A DNA stretch of 20,000 nucleotides. Source: an uncultured virus (IMG/VR IMGVR_UViG_3300012041_000001). Its lineage: Duplodnaviria > Heunggongvirae > Uroviricota > Caudoviricetes. A program made the translations under genes and the position numbers. Each line of letters opens with the position of its first letter. Positions within the stretch are counted from its first letter, which is position 1. Below the pieces are notes generated by a model. The model was given only the letters and a program-made list of their open reading frames with translations. It was not told where the DNA came from and did not search any database. Positions 15,907 to 20,000 of the stretch are shown here, in pieces. Location of the stretch: the IMG/VR virus record IMGVR_UViG_3300012041_000001. One strand, written 5' to 3'.

Positions 15907-18900
15907 ATGGCATGCAATTGTACAGATTCAATACTTTCAAATTGTAGCAACCAGGATCTATTAAGCTTAGGAGCAATTATTGCTTCTCTTGGTTGTGGTC
16001 CTCTTGGTACCAATTTGACGTACATGCCTTCGCCAACTAATGGAACCATCTTAAGTAGCACAGGTACACCTGCCTTTGTGCCCCCAGTGAACGCTGTCAA
16101 TGCTGGACTAATGCTTCCAGGACAGTACCTTAAGCTATTGAATGAAGTAGAAGTGCTATCTAATAAGCAGAACTCAATGCTTAATGATGGTACAGGGACC
16201 AAGTATCCTACAGTGGATGCTGTTAATCTATTTGGTCTTAACATACTTAAAGTTACAGCCAGTACTGGTTTCATAGATAGGGTAGATGACTTCAGTATGG
16301 AGCTGATAGATCCTTCTACTATTCACATTACAGCATCAGATCCAGGTGCTTTTGTAAGATCTAAATTATTTGCTACTCCTCCTATTTTCCCAGCAGATGC
16401 TGTTGTTAATATTACTGAAAGAGACTATCTGGCATCATCTCTTACTCTTCCAGCTGCTGATGGAAGATACTTTAGATTTATAGGATATAATTACTATGAT
16501 GATAGTATTGTTAACTCACCAACAAGTTATTACTTATTAGATAGTATTGTACAATTAGCATACGTTGAAGTCTTACGTTCAGGAGGAGTAAATACATTTA
16601 CTGTTCTTCAAATGGAGCCTGACTTGTCAACTACAGCATTGTTTGAAACTGTAATGATAGCCAATCAGACAACAGTAGTAGTAGTGCCTAATATTCCTCC
16701 TGGATTGACTATTAACAGTACTCAAGGTTTGATTAAAGCACACACTATCAATTGGGGAACCATTGTTGGTAACCTGCATATTAAAGTTCATCCTGCAGAA
16801 GAACCAGCATCATTTCTTATTATTGATAGAAGTTATATAGATACAGCTACACCAGTTTTACCTACTACAAATGTAAATGTATCACAATATTGGAACCCTA
16901 TTACACAGTTACGAGAAACAATACCTAATCCTATTAATAACTGTACCATTCAAAGATGGTTACTTACCCTTGATGGAAGATTGATTCAACAACTTGGGGA
17001 TAAAATATATACATCAAAGGCTAATGCAGAGAAGGATCTTCCTTCAGCAACTTTCGAGAATATATTTCCAAGTGATATAGCTATTGAGATATGTAAAATG
17101 ATAGCTGTCAAGAATGCCACAGATCTTACTGACCTTACAAAAGTACAGTTTTACTATGGTGGTGGTGGTGGAGGTGGTAGTTCAGCAGGAGCTACAACCC
17201 TGGATAGTTTAGTTGATGTAGAGATTGTTAATCCTCTTGATGCTCATGTGCTTACCTATGAGACTTCTACCCAATTGTGGAAGAACAAACCACCAGTAGG
17301 GGGAGGGGGTGGCACTATTACAGGTACTGGTACTCCAGGTGTACACGCTATGTGGACAGGTCCCACTGCCTTAGCTGATAGTAGTATATCAGAGACTGCT
17401 TCTCTTATTACATTGGGATTAAATACAACTGTCAGTGGTGCTCTTATTGCAAACAGTTTTAGTGTACCATTAGGTTCATCCTCTCAATTTTTAAAAGCTA
17501 ATGGAAGTTTAGACAGTAATGTCTATGCTTTAGATTCTGCACTCAGTGGTAAGCAAGACTTTATTATCGCAGGCACTGCTTTACAATATTACAGAGGTGA
17601 TAAAACCTTCCAGACTTTAAACACTTTAGCAGTTCCTGAGTTAACAAACTTATACTATACAGAAGCAAGAGTTTCTGCTAACACAGATGTTGCAGCAAAT
17701 ACTGCAGCAAGACATGCAGCTGTAACATTAGGAACTGCAAATGGATTATCTTTAGCTGGACAGGTACTAAGTATGGACTTGGCAGACACAGATACAACTG
17801 GAGCATTGTCATTTACAGACTGGAATACATTTAATAATAAACAATCTTCCATAGGATTTACACCAGTACCTAATACTAGACTTATTAACACAACCTCTCC
17901 ACTACAAGGTGGTGGTAATCTTACTGCTGACAGAACTATCTCTATACCAGTAGCTACTGGCTCTGCTGATGGATATTTATCATCAACAGACTGGAGCACT
18001 TTTAGTGGTAAGGAACCACCAATCGCTGCAGGTACTGCTGCACAATATTATAGAGGAGATAAAACTTTTCAAACTTTAAATACTTCAATAGTCCCTGAAT
18101 TAACAAACTTATATTACACAGAGGCAAGAGTATCTGCTAATACAGATGTAGTTGCTAATACAGCAGCCAGAAATAAATGGGATGGTAGTGCTATTGTCAC
18201 TCCTGGTGACGCAGCTGCTGCTAGAACTTCTTTAGGAGCAACTACAATTGGTGGTAATATATTTACATCTGCAAACCCTAGTGCTATTACATTCCTAAGA
18301 GCTAATGCAACTAACACAGTTTCATGGTTAAGTGCCTCTGCATTTAGGACAGCCATAGGTGCAGGTACTGGTAATGGTACAGTGACTTCAGTATCAGTGA
18401 CACTGGGTACTACAGGAACAGATATAGCCTTTTCTGTTGCAACTCCTAATAGCACACCAGCTATAACACTTAATATACCAACAGCTTCTGGCTCTAATAG
18501 AGGAGCATTGTCTTCAGCAGATTGGACTACATTTAATAATAAACAACCAGGAGATGTAGGATTGACTTCATTAGCTGGATTAGCTTTTACATCAGTTGGT
18601 TTTGTTAAACAAACTGCTCTTGATACTTTTGCAATAGATACTAACACATATGCTTTATCTTCTTCTCTTGCTGGCAAACAAGATGCATTAACTGGCCCAG
18701 GATTAGTTAAAGCTGTCGCAGGAGTTATAACCTATGTCACTGATAACAGTACCAACTGGGATACTGCCTATACTGATAGAATGAAATGGGATGGTGGTTC
18801 TACTGGATTAAATGCTGCAACTGGTAGAACTTCTTTAGAAGCTACAGTGTTAGGAACCAGTATTTTTAAATCATTAGACACCCCTACTTCAATTAGATTT

Positions 18901-20000
18901 TTACAGGCTAATGCAGACAACACTGTTTCCTGGTTAAGTGATAGTCAATTCAGAACTGCTATAGGTGTTGGTACTGGTACTGTAACTTCTGTTACTGGTA
19001 CAGGTACAGTCTCTGGTATAACATTGACAAGTTCAGGAACCACTGCAGTAACATTAACCTTAGGTGGTGCTTTATCTCTTGCTTTAGATGGTCTTTCTGA
19101 TGTTGCTGTAGCCTCTCCTACAGATGCTCAGGTTCTTGTTTATGAACAATCAACACTTTTATGGAAAAATAAAACTATTGCTACAGGTGGTGGTACAGTA
19201 ACTTCTGTTGCCTTAACCATGCCTAGTATATTTTCTGTAGGTGGTTCCCCTGTTACAGGTGCAGGAACCTTGGCAACAACATTAGTATCTCAGACAGCTA
19301 AGACATTCTTTGCAGCACCTAATGCAACAGATGATGTTCCTGCTTTTAGACTTATTGTATCTTCAGATATACCAACACTAAACCAAAGTACAACTGGTAG
19401 TGCAGGATTTCTATCTCCAGGAGCAAATATTCAAGGTGTTTTATTCACAGGTGCTACTAATATTAATATAATAAATGGAACTGGATTTGTTAAAGCATCT
19501 GGTACAACTATTACTTATGATAGCAATACATATCTAACAGCAAATCAATCTATTGTGCTGTCTGGGGATGTATCAGGAACAGGCTCTACTGCAATCACTA
19601 CTGCTATAGGTGCTAATAAAGTTACCTTAGCTATGATGGCTCAAATTACTACTGATTCTTTCTTAGGAAGGGATACAACAGGTACAGGAAATGTTGAGGT
19701 ATTAAGTGTAGCTACAGTTAAAACACTACTTGGTATTTCAGGAACTAATACTGGAGACCAGACTATCACCTTGACAGGCCCTGTAACTGGTAGTGGAACT
19801 GGATCATTTGCTACTACTATAACTGATAAAGCAGTAACCCTTGCTAAGATGGCTGATATGGCTACAGCTTCATTTTTAGGAAGAAATACTGCAGCAGTTG
19901 GAGTTCCTGAAGTACTTAGTATAGCTACAGCTAAAACAATGCTTAACCTTTCAGGTAATAATACTGGAGATCAAACAATCACTTTAACAGGAGATGTAAC
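15907..20000 (+). CDS. Long modular tail fibre / receptor-binding protein, 3'-truncated (>1364 aa)
   Basis: Hand translation of frame +1 from ATG 15907 (MACNCTDSILSNC...) shows no stop to the window end. It is T/G/S/A-rich with poly-Gly hinges and recurring fibre-type modules (LSDV...VLxY...WKNK, GALSSADWTTFNNKQ, GTVTSV, LSGDVSG, GTNTGDQ). Confidence 0.88.
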   Translation, partial: MACNCTDSILSNCSNQDLLSLGAIIASLGCGPLGTNLTYMPSPTNGTILSSTGTPAFVPPVNAVNAGLMLPGQYLKLLNEVEVLSNKQNSMLNDGTGTKYPTVDAVNLFGLNILKVTASTGFIDRVDDFSMELIDPSTIHITASDPGAFVRSKLFATPPIFPADAVVNITERDYLASSLTLPAADGRYFRFIGYNYYDDSIVNSPTSYYLLDSIVQLAYVEVLRSGGVNTFTVLQMEPDLSTTALFETVMIANQTTVVVVPNIPPGLTINSTQGLIKAHTINWGTIVGNLHIKVHPAEEPASFLIIDRSYIDTATPVLPTTNVNVSQYWNPITQLRETIPNPINNCTIQRWLLTLDGRLIQQLGDKIYTSKANAEKDLPSATFENIFPSDIAIEICKMIAVKNATDLTDLTKVQFYYGGGGGGGSSAGATTLDSLVDVEIVNPLDAHVLTYETSTQLWKNKPPVGGGGGTITGTGTPGVHAMWTGPTALADSSISETASLITLGLNTTVSGALIANSFSVPLGSSSQFLKANGSLDSNVYALDSALSGKQDFIIAGTALQYYRGDKTFQTLNTLAVPELTNLYYTEARVSANTDVAANTAARHAAVTLGTANGLSLAGQVLSMDLADTDTTGALSFTDWNTFNNKQSSIGFTPVPNTRLINTTSPLQGGGNLTADRTISIPVATGSADGYLSSTDWSTFSGKEPPIAAGTAAQYYRGDKTFQTLNTSIVPELTNLYYTEARVSANTDVVANTAARNKWDGSAIVTPGDAAAARTSLGATTIGGNIFTSANPSAITFLRANATNTVSWLSASAFRTAIGAGTGNGTVTSVSVTLGTTGTDIAFSVATPNSTPAITLNIPTASGSNRGALSSADWTTFNNKQPGDVGLTSLAGLAFTSVGFVKQTALDTFAIDTNTYALSSSLAGKQDALTGPGLVKAVAGVITYVTDNSTNWDTAYTDRMKWDGGSTGLNAATGRTSLEATVLGTSIFKSLDTPTSIRFLQANADNTVSWLSDSQFRTAIGVGTGTVTSVTGTGTVSGITLTSSGTTAVTLTLGGALSLALDGLSDVAVASPTDAQVLVYEQSTLLWKNKTIATGGGTVTSVALTMPSIFSVGGSPVTGAGTLATTLVSQTAKTFFAAPNATDDVPAFRLIVSSDIPTLNQSTTGSAGFLSPGANIQGVLFTGATNINIINGTGFVKASGTTITYDSNTYLTANQSIVLSGDVSGTGSTAITTAIGANKVTLAMMAQITTDSFLGRDTTGTGNVEVLSVATVKTLLGISGTNTGDQTITLTGPVTGSGTGSFATTITDKAVTLAKMADMATASFLGRNTAAVGVPEVLSIATAKTMLNLSGNNTGDQTITLTGDV
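17569..18171 (+). repeat. Dispersed 144-bp (48-aa) duplication in the tail fibre: 17569-17712 and 18028-18171
   Basis: AGTALQYYRGDKTFQTLNTLAVPELTNLYYTEARVSANTDVAANTAAR versus AGTAAQYYRGDKTFQTLNTSIVPELTNLYYTEARVSANTDVVANTAAR; 44/48 aa identical. Confidence 0.95.
19552..20000 (+). repeat. Tandem 213-bp (71-aa) repeat in the tail fibre: 19552-19764, 19765-19977, third copy starting at 19978
   Basis: Both complete units follow IxLxGxVxGxG...VTLAxMA...SFLGRxT...EVLSxATxKTxLxxSGxNTGDQT with an exact 213-nt period. Confidence 0.9.

Noticed and set aside
17158..17178. GGT trinucleotide run as a phase-variable or slippage site
   Set aside because: It is an in-frame poly-Gly hinge; slippage would not shift the frame, and such linkers are common in fibres.
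17569..18171. DGR template/variable repeat pair
   Set aside because: The differences are mostly third-position synonymous changes including many C/T swaps, not adenine-specific. Both copies are internal and in frame, and no reverse transcriptase is in the window.
1..20000. Stop-codon reassignment (TAG/TGA), known in some crAss-like phages
   Set aside because: The giant ORFs are uninterrupted under the standard code, so no in-frame TAG/TGA needs read-through. All visible stops are TAA, so recoding is unsupported though not formally excluded.

Overview
The window is a single + strand gene run from a large AT-rich dsDNA phage of the crAss-like (Crassvirales / Cellulophaga phi14:2-type) radiation, probably infecting Bacteroidota. 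It holds five genes. (1) The 5'-truncated giant virion RNA polymerase gene (frame open from base 3 to 7967) has an intact RxP...GSDFDIDK two-barrel active site, an N-terminal altered zincin domain and a C-terminal macrodomain-like 'IFVFGSN' fusion. (2) A 2463-aa polyvalent cargo/ejection protein has two degenerate zincin domains, an intervening 'SHF...EIQND' module, an apparently intact PD-(D/E)XK nuclease and a C-terminal hydrophobic helix. (3) An inner-membrane spanin-like gene follows. (4) A 46-aa highly basic ORF ending 'YVGQGKN' is absent from the ORF track. (5) A >1364-aa modular tail-fibre gene (15907 to window end) is also absent from the ORF track because it has no stop in the window. 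The standard genetic code applies, starts lack Shine-Dalgarno motifs, and CpG is strongly depleted. All domain calls come from reading motifs by eye, not from database searches.
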